Shown in pieces: positions 31,636 through 40,135 of a DNA stretch of 60,296 nucleotides. The notes beneath the pieces were generated by a model that saw nothing but the letters and a program-made list of their open reading frames with translations, was not told where the DNA came from and made no database searches. Position numbers and translations under genes: made by a program. The stretch comes from Alphaproteobacteria bacterium (GTDB taxonomy: Bacteria > Pseudomonadota > Alphaproteobacteria > TMED109), in contig JAPYTH010000001.1 in the NCBI GenBank assembly GCA_029936295.1, forward strand, positions 44,274 to 104,569, in the 5' to 3' direction. Numbering within the stretch: position 1 is the stretch's first letter; every line of letters begins with the position of its first letter.

Positions 31636-32523
31636 TTAATCCTGTTTTTCTGAAATAATTCCTTTACGAATATCTCTAGTCTTTGAAAATAATTTCTCTA
31701 AAGCATCCCCATCCTTCCATCTTATACTTTTCTGTAAGGCAGTTAAATCTTCAATAAACCTACCTAACATTTCTAAAACTGCATCACTATTATTTAAAAA
31801 TACATCTCTCCACATAATTGGATCAGAAGCTGCAATTCTTGTGAAATCTCTAAAACCTCCTGCAGAATATTTTATAACTTCTGTTTTTAATTGATCTTCT
31901 AGTTCAGTAACTGTGCCAACTATAGAATAAGCCACTAAATGAGGAATATGTGAAGTTATAGCAAGAACCCTATCATGATATTCAGCATCCATAATTGCAA
32001 CCTTCATACCTGCTTTATTCCATATAGATTTTACTGTTTCCATAGCTATTTTAGACGTGTTTTCAGTTGGGGTTAATATGCACCACCTTCCTTTAAAAAG
32101 ATCTTCAAACCCTGCATCAGGACCAGAATTTTCCGTACCCGCAATAGGATGGCCAGGAATAAAATGTACATCACTAGGTAGCTCTGGCATAATAGAATCT
32201 ATAATACCTTTTTTTGTAGACCCAACATCCGTAATAATTGCTCCACTTTTTAAAGCAGCAGAAAACTCTTTTACAAGACTTTTCATCGCTCCTACGGGCA
32301 CACCTAATATAATTAAATCTGAATTTTCTACAGACTGTCTAATATCATCATAAATATGATCAACTATATTTAACCCTTCAATTTTCAAACGTGTTTCTTT
32401 TCTTCTGGAATATGCGCATATTTCTTTTGCAAGTGTTTTAGATTTAAATACTCTAGCTAAAGAAGAATTAATCAAACCAAAACCAATAAATGTTACTCTT
32501 TTAACAATAAAAATTTTATCCAT
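31636..32523 (-). CDS. tyrC: Prephenate/arogenate (cyclohexadienyl) dehydrogenase
   Basis: Rossmann motif VTFIGFGLINSSLA, then DVGSTK, FIPGHPIAGTE and ITSHIPHLVA. Confidence 0.85.
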   Translation of the reverse strand: MDKIFIVKRVTFIGFGLINSSLARVFKSKTLAKEICAYSRRKETRLKIEGLNIVDHIYDDIRQSVENSDLIILGVPVGAMKSLVKEFSAALKSGAIITDVGSTKKGIIDSIMPELPSDVHFIPGHPIAGTENSGPDAGFEDLFKGRWCILTPTENTSKIAMETVKSIWNKAGMKVAIMDAEYHDRVLAITSHIPHLVAYSIVGTVTELEDQLKTEVIKYSAGGFRDFTRIAASDPIMWRDVFLNNSDAVLEMLGRFIEDLTALQKSIRWKDGDALEKLFSKTRDIRKGIISEKQD

Positions 32524-33382
32524 TTAAAACTCCTTCGTCAAAAATAGCAAAAACTCCCATAATTTTTGGAGGTGTATTAATATTAAATTGAGTATTTTTT
32601 ATACTTTTTATTTTATCCTCTGCTTCTTCACAAGAGCTTACTTTAGTTGAAAAAATAATTATAGCTTTATTATTTCCTATAATTTTTACAGCAACAATAA
32701 TATAATCGTTTAAAAATAATAATTTAGAATATGCTTTTACATTTTTTGATTCTATTTCTAAAATATATAAAACAATATTATAATTAAAATACTCTATATT
32801 CTGCTTACCTAAAATTAATGTTTGAGGGATTCCATGATCACTCTCTGAAATACTTCCAATTACATTTATCCCCTCAAAATTAGAAAATTTAACCCACCAA
32901 TCATTGTCTTTATTTGGAAATGGTAAAACTGTAATTTGTGACTTATTTTCATTTACACTTTTTAAAGCATCTAAAGCTGTTTTTGTTTTTGTTTTTTTTA
33001 TACCTAATCCAAAATGCTTATTAACTATTCTATCTATATCACCACAGTAACTAAGAGTTAACCCACCTTGCATTTCAATATATGCAGATATCAAGTTTCT
33101 CCATATGTTTATTAATGCCTTTTCACCTAAATTCCCTCTATGTCTTTTAAGAAGCCTAACTAATATTTCATGTTCTCTTGCAGGTCTATAAATTACTAAG
33201 CTCTGCTTATTTTCCTTCTTCTTTTCTCCAACTACTTGTTCAACTATTTCTGCCCTCTCCATTATTAAATCATGTATTTTATTATCTATTTTATCTATTT
33301 TTTTTCTTATATTATGGAGTGTATCAATAGATCCAGAAACATTACTTGTTTTATATTTATTTATAGACTTTTTAAAAGACAT
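32516..33382 (-). CDS. Chorismate mutase (CM_2 domain) with a roughly 190-aa C-terminal extension
   Basis: N-terminal LHNIRKKIDKIDNKIHDLIMERAEIVEQV...YRPAREHEIL is AroQ-class chorismate mutase. It overlaps the tyrC start by 8 nt. Confidence 0.7.
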   Translation of the reverse strand: MSFKKSINKYKTSNVSGSIDTLHNIRKKIDKIDNKIHDLIMERAEIVEQVVGEKKKENKQSLVIYRPAREHEILVRLLKRHRGNLGEKALINIWRNLISAYIEMQGGLTLSYCGDIDRIVNKHFGLGIKKTKTKTALDALKSVNENKSQITVLPFPNKDNDWWVKFSNFEGINVIGSISESDHGIPQTLILGKQNIEYFNYNIVLYILEIESKNVKAYSKLLFLNDYIIVAVKIIGNNKAIIIFSTKVSSCEEAEDKIKSIKNTQFNINTPPKIMGVFAIFDEGVLNG

Positions 33383-33553
33383 AAGTTTATTCCAAATTAA
33401 TTTAATAATATTAATAAATTATATATATATTATTAATATGAAAAAAACCATTGGCATGACATAATTGTAATTACTAAATATATATATATACCTTCAAATA
33501 TATAAATAATAATATATTTAAAAAAAATAATAACAAAAATAAAGAGAAAAAAA

Positions 33554-34684
33554 ATTAATAATTTAAATAATAAAAAAATAATCCAAAAAACTTTTGGTCC
33601 AATTAAGTTAAATCTTGAAGGTGGCCAAATATTAAGCCATACAACCATAGCGTATAATACTTGGGGGACATTAAATAAAAAAAAATCTAATGCTATACTC
33701 GTATGTCACGCGCTAACAGGTGACCAATTTGTTACAGGAACTAATCCTATTACTAATCGAAATGGATGGTGGGAAAATATAGTGGGTGCAAATAAAATAT
33801 TAGATACCAATAAATATTTTATAATATGTTCTAATGTTCTAGGTGGATGCATGGGAACTACAGGGCCTTCGTCTATAAATGAACAAAAAAATGTTCAATA
33901 TGCAATGAACTTTCCTGTTTTTACGATCAAAGATATGGTAAATTTACAGCTTGCATTAATAGATAATTTAGAAATTGAACAATTATTTTCTGTTATTGGA
34001 GGATCTCTGGGTGGTATGCAAGTCTTAGAATGGGCTGCTAGTTATCCAGAAAGAATCTATTCTGCTATTCCCATCGCAACGTCCTATCGTCATTCAGCAC
34101 AAAATATTGCTTTTAATGAGGTAGGCAGACAAGCAATTATGAATGACCCAAATTGGCAACTAGGCAATTACTATAATGAAAAACAAAAACCAAGACATGG
34201 TCTATCTGTTGCTAGAATGATTGCTCATATAACTTATTTATCTGAAGGAGCCTTTCAAAAAAAATTTGGGAGAGATATGCAGAGTAAAGTTTTATCATGG
34301 GGCTTTGATGCAGACTTTCAAGTTGAGAGTTATTTAAGGCATCAAGGAACTTCATTTGTTGACCGTTTTGATGCTAACAGCTATCTATATATTACAAGAG
34401 CTATGGATTATTTCGACCTTACAGGTCCTTATAACGGAGAATTATCTTCTGCTTTTAAAAATACTAAATGTAAATTTCTTATAATATCTTTTACAAGTGA
34501 TTGGCTTTTTCCTAGTTCAGAAAGTTTAACTATAGTAAAGGCATTAAATAAAACTGCAGCAGATATTAGTTTTATAGAGGTAAACTCAGATAAAGGTCAT
34601 GATAGTTTTCTTTTAGAAGTAACAGACTTCTATCAAATACTTACTGGTTTTATTTCTGGTGCAGCTAGAAAAAAGGGGCTATAA
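33554..34684 (+). CDS. metX: Homoserine O-acetyltransferase (start codon unresolved)
   Basis: The frame is open from 33506. From 33593 it encodes FGPIKLNLEGGQILSHTTIAYNTWGTLN...NAILVCHALTGD...NGWWENIVGANKILDTNKYFIICSNVLGGCMGTTGPSS, then the nucleophile elbow GGSLGGMQ and C-terminal GHDSFL. The first canonical in-frame start is GTG 33782, which the ORF track uses. The listed start is a provisional in-frame ATT. Confidence 0.8.
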   Translation: MNNLNNKKIIQKTFGPIKLNLEGGQILSHTTIAYNTWGTLNKKKSNAILVCHALTGDQFVTGTNPITNRNGWWENIVGANKILDTNKYFIICSNVLGGCMGTTGPSSINEQKNVQYAMNFPVFTIKDMVNLQLALIDNLEIEQLFSVIGGSLGGMQVLEWAASYPERIYSAIPIATSYRHSAQNIAFNEVGRQAIMNDPNWQLGNYYNEKQKPRHGLSVARMIAHITYLSEGAFQKKFGRDMQSKVLSWGFDADFQVESYLRHQGTSFVDRFDANSYLYITRAMDYFDLTGPYNGELSSAFKNTKCKFLIISFTSDWLFPSSESLTIVKALNKTAADISFIEVNSDKGHDSFLLEVTDFYQILTGFISGAARKKGL

Positions 34685-34694
34685 AATTAGTTTA

Positions 34695-35306
34695 ATGGTA
34701 AATAAATTAAATCAAGACTTAATCTCTTCTCTTATAGCTAATAATTCTAAGGTCTTGGATATTGGTTGTGGAAATGGTGATCTTCTGCTTCATTTAGAAA
34801 AAACAAAGAATATTAATGGGCAGGGTATAGAAATAAGTCCAAAAGGAGTTCAAGAATCTGTTTCTAAAGGGTTATCTGTGATTCAAGGAGATGCAGATAT
34901 TGATTTAATAAACTTTCCTAATAATGCTTTTGACATAGTAATTTTAAGTCATACCCTCCAAGCTACTCACAAACCTAAAGAAGTATTAACAGAAATGCTC
35001 AGAATAGGAAAAAAATGTATTATTTCTATACCTAATTTTGGTTATTGGAAATATAGGTTTCAAATGCTATTTCTTGGCATTATGCCTATCACAAAAACAT
35101 TATCTGAACCTTGGTATTCAACACCAAATATTCATCTATGCACTATAAAAGACTTTATAAACTTGTGTGAAATATTAAATATATCTATAAATGGTACCTT
35201 TAGAAATACAACTTATAGTATAAAGAAAATTAATAAACCTAATAGGTATATAAATAATTTATTATCTATAGAAGGAATATTTGTATTATCAAATAACATA
35301 AAATGA
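34695..35306 (+). CDS. metW: Methionine biosynthesis protein MetW
   Basis: From ATG 34695: MVNKLNQDLISSLIANNSKVLDIGCGNGDLL, QGIEIS, VIQGDAD, and LSHTLQATHKPKEVLTEMLRIGKKCIISIPNFGYW. It follows metX. Confidence 0.9.
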   Translation: MVNKLNQDLISSLIANNSKVLDIGCGNGDLLLHLEKTKNINGQGIEISPKGVQESVSKGLSVIQGDADIDLINFPNNAFDIVILSHTLQATHKPKEVLTEMLRIGKKCIISIPNFGYWKYRFQMLFLGIMPITKTLSEPWYSTPNIHLCTIKDFINLCEILNISINGTFRNTTYSIKKINKPNRYINNLLSIEGIFVLSNNIK

Positions 35307-35317
35307 ACTTAAAATAT

Positions 35318-36421
35318 TTATCTTTTAGGTTTAAAATATTTCTCAATAATCATCGCTATACTCTTCATTAAATTCTCCTGAAATTTAGAACGTGTTAATT
35401 TATTTAAGTCATCATTATTAGAGATAAAACCCATTTCAATTAATACAGAAGGAATATCAGGAGCCTTAAGTACTGCAAATCCTGCTTGTCTATGAGGACG
35501 GCGTAAAAGATTAAATCCATTTTTTTTTAATTCATTCACAAATAATTCTGCAAAATCTATGGAACTATTTTTAGTTTCACGCCTGCTAAGATCAATTAAT
35601 ATATCTGATACGGCTTTATCTAAATCTTCTAAATCCAAACCTCCAATTAAATCTGATTTATTTTCTCTATCTGCTAATGCTTGGGATAATTTATCAGATG
35701 CCTTTTCAGATAATGAATAAATACTTGTGCCATTAGTATTCTTATTTTTAGTTGAGTCAGCATGTATTGAAATGAAAAGATCTGCAGATTTACTTCTAGC
35801 AAATTTTACTCTATTTTTTAACCTTATATAACGGTCAGAACTTCTCGTTAAAAAAACTTTAAAAGATTTTTTTTCAAGCTTTTCCTTTAAAATTTTTGCT
35901 GCCATTAAAGTAAGATTTTTTTCTTTAATTTTATTTCTAATTGCTCCTGGATCTGCTCCTCCATGCCCAGCATCAATCACAATTATTTTAGTATTTAAGT
36001 TAGTCTTAATAAAATTAATTAAATCAATAGTTAAATCAATAATTAATATATTATTACCATTTTTCTTTAAAATAGCATTATTTTTACTATATTTAACAAT
36101 AGGTACTTTAAGATCAAAAACTAACCTAGATACATTATCATTTTTAGAAGCCCTAATTCTTTTAATATAATTAAAATTAGAATTATTTTTAGAAAAATTA
36201 TTAATATTTTTAATATCAATAACTAATCTAGAAGGATTTTCTAAAATAAAAACGTTTGATGAAAAACTATTATTACTTGTAAGGACTAAACGGACTGTAT
36301 TATTTGTTTCATAAACATGTATATCTATATTTTCTGCATTTAAATAATTAGAAAAAATAAAGTATAATAAAAAAATAATGTTGAAGATTATCAATTTAAT
36401 AACTTTTGAAATATTAATCAT
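35318..36421 (-). CDS. N-acetylmuramoyl-L-alanine amidase (AMIN domain + Amidase_3)
   Basis: Signal-like N-terminus. The AMIN-like segment is VRLVL......F.LENPSRLVIDI. The catalytic domain has IVIDAGHGGADPGA, FISIHADS and VLIEMGFISN. Confidence 0.85.
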   Translation of the reverse strand: MINISKVIKLIIFNIIFLLYFIFSNYLNAENIDIHVYETNNTVRLVLTSNNSFSSNVFILENPSRLVIDIKNINNFSKNNSNFNYIKRIRASKNDNVSRLVFDLKVPIVKYSKNNAILKKNGNNILIIDLTIDLINFIKTNLNTKIIVIDAGHGGADPGAIRNKIKEKNLTLMAAKILKEKLEKKSFKVFLTRSSDRYIRLKNRVKFARSKSADLFISIHADSTKNKNTNGTSIYSLSEKASDKLSQALADRENKSDLIGGLDLEDLDKAVSDILIDLSRRETKNSSIDFAELFVNELKKNGFNLLRRPHRQAGFAVLKAPDIPSVLIEMGFISNNDDLNKLTRSKFQENLMKSIAMIIEKYFKPKR

Positions 36422-36780
36422 CTAATTACCTTAAATATAAATATTCATATTTATTTTAATAAGCTATTTTACAAAACATGCACATTGATATACACATATA
36501 CTATAAACATAAAAAACGATGTAGAAAAAAATTATAAATTTAAAACAATTACAAATAAACTTTTAAAGAATTATCTTTTAGGACAGCATAATGATTTCAC
36601 AAGAAGAATATAAACAGAAGCAGAATTATCTTTCAGAAGTCAAAACAGATGAATCATATTATGCTATTTTTTTAAAAAAATTAAATCTGCAAACTTTTAA
36701 GAGCAGATTATTAATGGATGCTAATAGTAAATTTTATATATTAATAAATAAGTTTTTATTAGCTTGGAGTTATAGAATCA
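36422..36780 (+). promoter_or_regulatory. Long rne upstream region (putative promoter plus 5' leader)
   Basis: At 359 nt this is the longest non-coding stretch in the window. It holds a 7-bp inverted repeat, AATCTGC (36684-36690) and GCAGATT (36703-36709). Any function is inferred by analogy with E. coli rne autoregulation. Confidence 0.35.
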
Positions 36781-38871
36781 ATGACAAAGCGTATGTTAAT
36801 AGACGCCGAATACTTAGAAGCAACTCGAGTAGTAGTTACTAATGATAACGAAATTGAAGATTTTGACCATGAAACCACAACAAAAAAGCAAAATAGAGGC
36901 AACTTATATTTAGCCAAAATTGCACGGGTTGAACCTTCTCTTCAAGCAGCTTTTGTTGACTATGGTAACGAAAAACATGGTTTTCTTGCATTTAGTGAGA
37001 TACACCCTGATTATTTTCAGATTCCTATTGCAGATAAAGAAAAAATTATAAAGCAAGAAACATCTAGCCATGATGATAAATATAATATTGATAACAATGA
37101 AATAGATACAGAAATAGACAATACTAATGAATCTGAGAAAAAAACTTCTTCTAAAAAATTAAAATTTTATAACAAATATAGAATTCAAGAAGTAATAAAA
37201 AAAGGCCAAATTTTATTAGTACAGGTAACAAAAGAAGAGAGAGGTAAGAAAGGGGCCGCTTTAACCACTTTTATATCTTTAGCTGGAAGATATTGTGTTC
37301 TTATGAGTAATACTATTAGAAAAGGGGGCATAAGCAGAAGAATAACTCATAGTAATGATAGAAAAAAATTAAGATCAATAATAGAAAGCTTAAATATACC
37401 AGATAGTATGGCGGTCATTATAAGAACTGCTGGGTCAAAAATGAAAAAAGTAGAAATTAAACGAGATTATAACTTTTTAACTAAAACTTGGGAAGCTATA
37501 AGATCAAACACATTAAAATCAGTAGCACCATCTCTAATACATGAAGAAAATAATATAATTAAAAGAGGTATTAGAGACCTATATACCGCAGAAATTACCG
37601 AAATTATTATTCAAGGATCTGCTGCATTTAAAGCTGCAAAAAATTATATGAAAACATTAATGCCAAGTAAGACTAAAATACTTATTGAATATTCTGATAA
37701 AACACCTTTATTACAAAAATATAATATAAATACAAAACTAGAAAAAATGCATAGCCCAATAGTTACTCTTAAAAGCGGAGGTTATATTGTAATAAACCAA
37801 ACTGAAGCTTTAGTAGCTGTGGATGTAAACTCAGGAAAAGCAACAAAAGAAAGAAATATAGAAGAAACTGCATTGCAAACAAATAAAGAAGCTGCTGAGG
37901 AGTTAGCTATCCAATTAAGATTAAGGGACCTATCCGGATTAATTGTTATAGACTTTATTGATATGTTATTAAATAAAAACAATAGGATTATTGAAAATAT
38001 ATTGAAGCAAAGACTTCATTCTGATCGAGCTAAAATACAAGTAGGAAATATATCCTCTTTTGGACTCTTAGAAATGTCCAGACAAAGGTTAAGACCAAGT
38101 ATTTACGAGGCTGAATTTATAACATGCCATCATTGTTTAGGTCATGGAAGAGTGAGATCATTAGAATCTCTAACCTTAAAGGCACTTCACCAGATTGAAG
38201 AAGAATCAACTAACTATAATGAAAAAATTTTATCTATAAATATTCCTGAAAAAACAGCTATTCATATACTTAATAATAAACGGAAAGAATTATCTAATAT
38301 TGAGGAAAAAAGAAATATTACTATTAATATAGTTCCTGATCCAAAACTTAAAAATGAAGAAGACCCATTAGAAAGAATAAAGAATATAAATAAAACTAAT
38401 AACGATAACAAAGCTAATTATTATAATAAAAATAAAAAAGAAGCTAATAGTATAATAAATAGTAAAATCAAACGCCCTGTAACTAAAAATAAGTTTAAAA
38501 AACATCCAACCCAAAATAATCATAATCAAAAAAAATTAAACCAAAAAGAAAATATTGATATAGATACAAAAAAAATAAGTAAAGTGGATAATATTACTAA
38601 GAAAAAAAATAGTGTTACTAAAAAAATACCTAAGAAAAATACAAAAAAGAAAATAATAAATAAAACTGTTAATAAACCCTCTTCTGCTTCTAAGTTAGGA
38701 TTTAAAAATACTGTAGGTAAAAATTCTTCTAATTCTGTGTCAGAAATTAAAAAGACTAGTGATACAAAACCTTCTAGGTTAACACCAATAAACAAAAAAC
38801 AAAAAACAAAAATAGTCAAAACTAAAAGTAAAGGGCCTGCAAAAAAAGGTTGGTGGAATAAAGATGAATAA
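36781..38871 (+). CDS. rne: Ribonuclease E (RNase E/G family) with a Lys/Asn-rich C-terminal tail
   Basis: MTKRMLIDAEYLEATRVVV, NLYLAKIARVEPSLQAAFVDYGNEKHGFLAFSEIH, the S1-domain insert typical of alphaproteobacteria, VAVDVNSGK, and a CHHCLGHG zinc-link region. From about 38340 onward the sequence is low-complexity and K/N-rich. Confidence 0.9.
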   Translation: MTKRMLIDAEYLEATRVVVTNDNEIEDFDHETTTKKQNRGNLYLAKIARVEPSLQAAFVDYGNEKHGFLAFSEIHPDYFQIPIADKEKIIKQETSSHDDKYNIDNNEIDTEIDNTNESEKKTSSKKLKFYNKYRIQEVIKKGQILLVQVTKEERGKKGAALTTFISLAGRYCVLMSNTIRKGGISRRITHSNDRKKLRSIIESLNIPDSMAVIIRTAGSKMKKVEIKRDYNFLTKTWEAIRSNTLKSVAPSLIHEENNIIKRGIRDLYTAEITEIIIQGSAAFKAAKNYMKTLMPSKTKILIEYSDKTPLLQKYNINTKLEKMHSPIVTLKSGGYIVINQTEALVAVDVNSGKATKERNIEETALQTNKEAAEELAIQLRLRDLSGLIVIDFIDMLLNKNNRIIENILKQRLHSDRAKIQVGNISSFGLLEMSRQRLRPSIYEAEFITCHHCLGHGRVRSLESLTLKALHQIEEESTNYNEKILSINIPEKTAIHILNNKRKELSNIEEKRNITINIVPDPKLKNEEDPLERIKNINKTNNDNKANYYNKNKKEANSIINSKIKRPVTKNKFKKHPTQNNHNQKKLNQKENIDIDTKKISKVDNITKKKNSVTKKIPKKNTKKKIINKTVNKPSSASKLGFKNTVGKNSSNSVSEIKKTSDTKPSRLTPINKKQKTKIVKTKSKGPAKKGWWNKDE

Positions 38872-38877
38872 TAATAT

Positions 38878-40035
38878 TTAATTTTTATTTTTAACCCAAT
38901 TATATATTCTTTTAGTGCCTTCAATAATGTCTTTATGGCTTCCACCATAAGAAAATCTTATATATTTGTTACCTAAATTATAATCAAAATCTTTACCAGG
39001 AGTCGAAGATACCCCTGCCTCTTTCAACAATTTTATTGCTAATTCTGCTGAATCCTTCGTAATTTTTGACACATCTAAGTATAAATAAAATGCTCCGTCA
39101 GCCGGAGCATATTTAGAAAAACCCAAATCTTCAAAAAAATTAATTAACATATCTCTATTTTTTTTATAAATTAATACATTTTTATTTAATACTTCATAAT
39201 CTTCAAAGGCTTTAACAGCTATTAATTGAGAAAATGTTGGAGGACATAAAAATAAAGACATAGATAATCTTTCTATAGAATTTATTATGTTTTTAGGTGC
39301 TATAAGCCAACCTAATCTCCAACCAGTCATACTAAAATATTTTGAAAAAGAGTTTATTACTATTGCATTTTTATTATAACGAAGAATAGTTTCTGAAGGT
39401 TTACCATATTCCACTCCATGATAAATTTCATCAGATATAATGATTACTTTATTCTTTTTACACCAATTTGCTATATTCTTTAATGTATCACTCTTTAATT
39501 TGCTTCCAGTAGGATTTGCAGGAGAAGCAATTACTAAGCCTTTTATATTATCTTTAATATTTTCTAACTTCTGCAAAGTAGGTTGATAACTACTTTTATT
39601 TTCTCCTTCTAGGTATACTATATCTAAATTTAATGCCTTTAATGCATTTACATATGCCGGATAATAAGGCGTCATTATTGCAACTTTATCTCCAGGATCA
39701 AACAAGGCTAATAAAGCTAGAACAAATGCGCCTGAGGCACCTGCCGTAACCGCTACACAGTCTGGTTTTACTTCTTGACCATACCAATAATTATAATGAG
39801 TTGAAATTTTATCTCTTAATTCAGGAATACCTATAGATTCAGTATAACCAATTTTTTCTCTCTCTATTATAGTCTTAGCATATTTAAGAATATGCTTAGG
39901 TGTATTAAAGCCAGGCTCCCCTACATCCATATGAATGATATCTTTACCTTTAGATTTTAAATTATTAGCCCTAGCGAGCATATCAATTGCAAGAAATGGT
40001 GATATATTTGATCTCTTTGAGTTTATAACATTCAT
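38878..40035 (-). CDS. PLP-dependent aminotransferase, class I/II (aspartate aminotransferase-like)
   Basis: GEPGF.TP, NPANPTG, and the PLP lysine motif NSFSKYFSMTGWRLGW. Confidence 0.85.
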   Translation of the reverse strand: MNVINSKRSNISPFLAIDMLARANNLKSKGKDIIHMDVGEPGFNTPKHILKYAKTIIEREKIGYTESIGIPELRDKISTHYNYWYGQEVKPDCVAVTAGASGAFVLALLALFDPGDKVAIMTPYYPAYVNALKALNLDIVYLEGENKSSYQPTLQKLENIKDNIKGLVIASPANPTGSKLKSDTLKNIANWCKKNKVIIISDEIYHGVEYGKPSETILRYNKNAIVINSFSKYFSMTGWRLGWLIAPKNIINSIERLSMSLFLCPPTFSQLIAVKAFEDYEVLNKNVLIYKKNRDMLINFFEDLGFSKYAPADGAFYLYLDVSKITKDSAELAIKLLKEAGVSSTPGKDFDYNLGNKYIRFSYGGSHKDIIEGTKRIYNWVKNKN

Positions 40036-40135
40036 ATAATTCTCACTTACTTAATAATTAATTATATATATAGTTTATTTTTATATATGATTTATATATA
40101 TATACTTATTTAAAATAATTTATATATGAATATTT

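Noticed and set aside
33383-33553. Possible SAM-II / SAM-V riboswitch upstream of metX
   Set aside because: Such riboswitches are known upstream of metX/metA-type genes in alphaproteobacteria. This spacer is nearly all A/T (TA repeats and A-runs), and I could not identify a pseudoknot-forming G/C core such as an AGCU-containing segment. I cannot run cmsearch, so this is an unverified negative.
33433-33648. 71-aa minus-strand ORF (F/I/L/K-rich) in the chorismate mutase / metX spacer
   Set aside because: Its composition is what AT-rich DNA yields by chance. Its 3' half lies opposite the plus-strand frame that encodes the conserved MetX N-terminus. I recognise no family.
36591-36842. 83-aa plus-strand ORF running through the rne upstream region into the rne start
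   Set aside because: It overlaps the well-supported rne ATG (36781) in another frame. I recognise no motifs, and the composition is N/K/Y/L-rich. A short leader peptide cannot be formally excluded.
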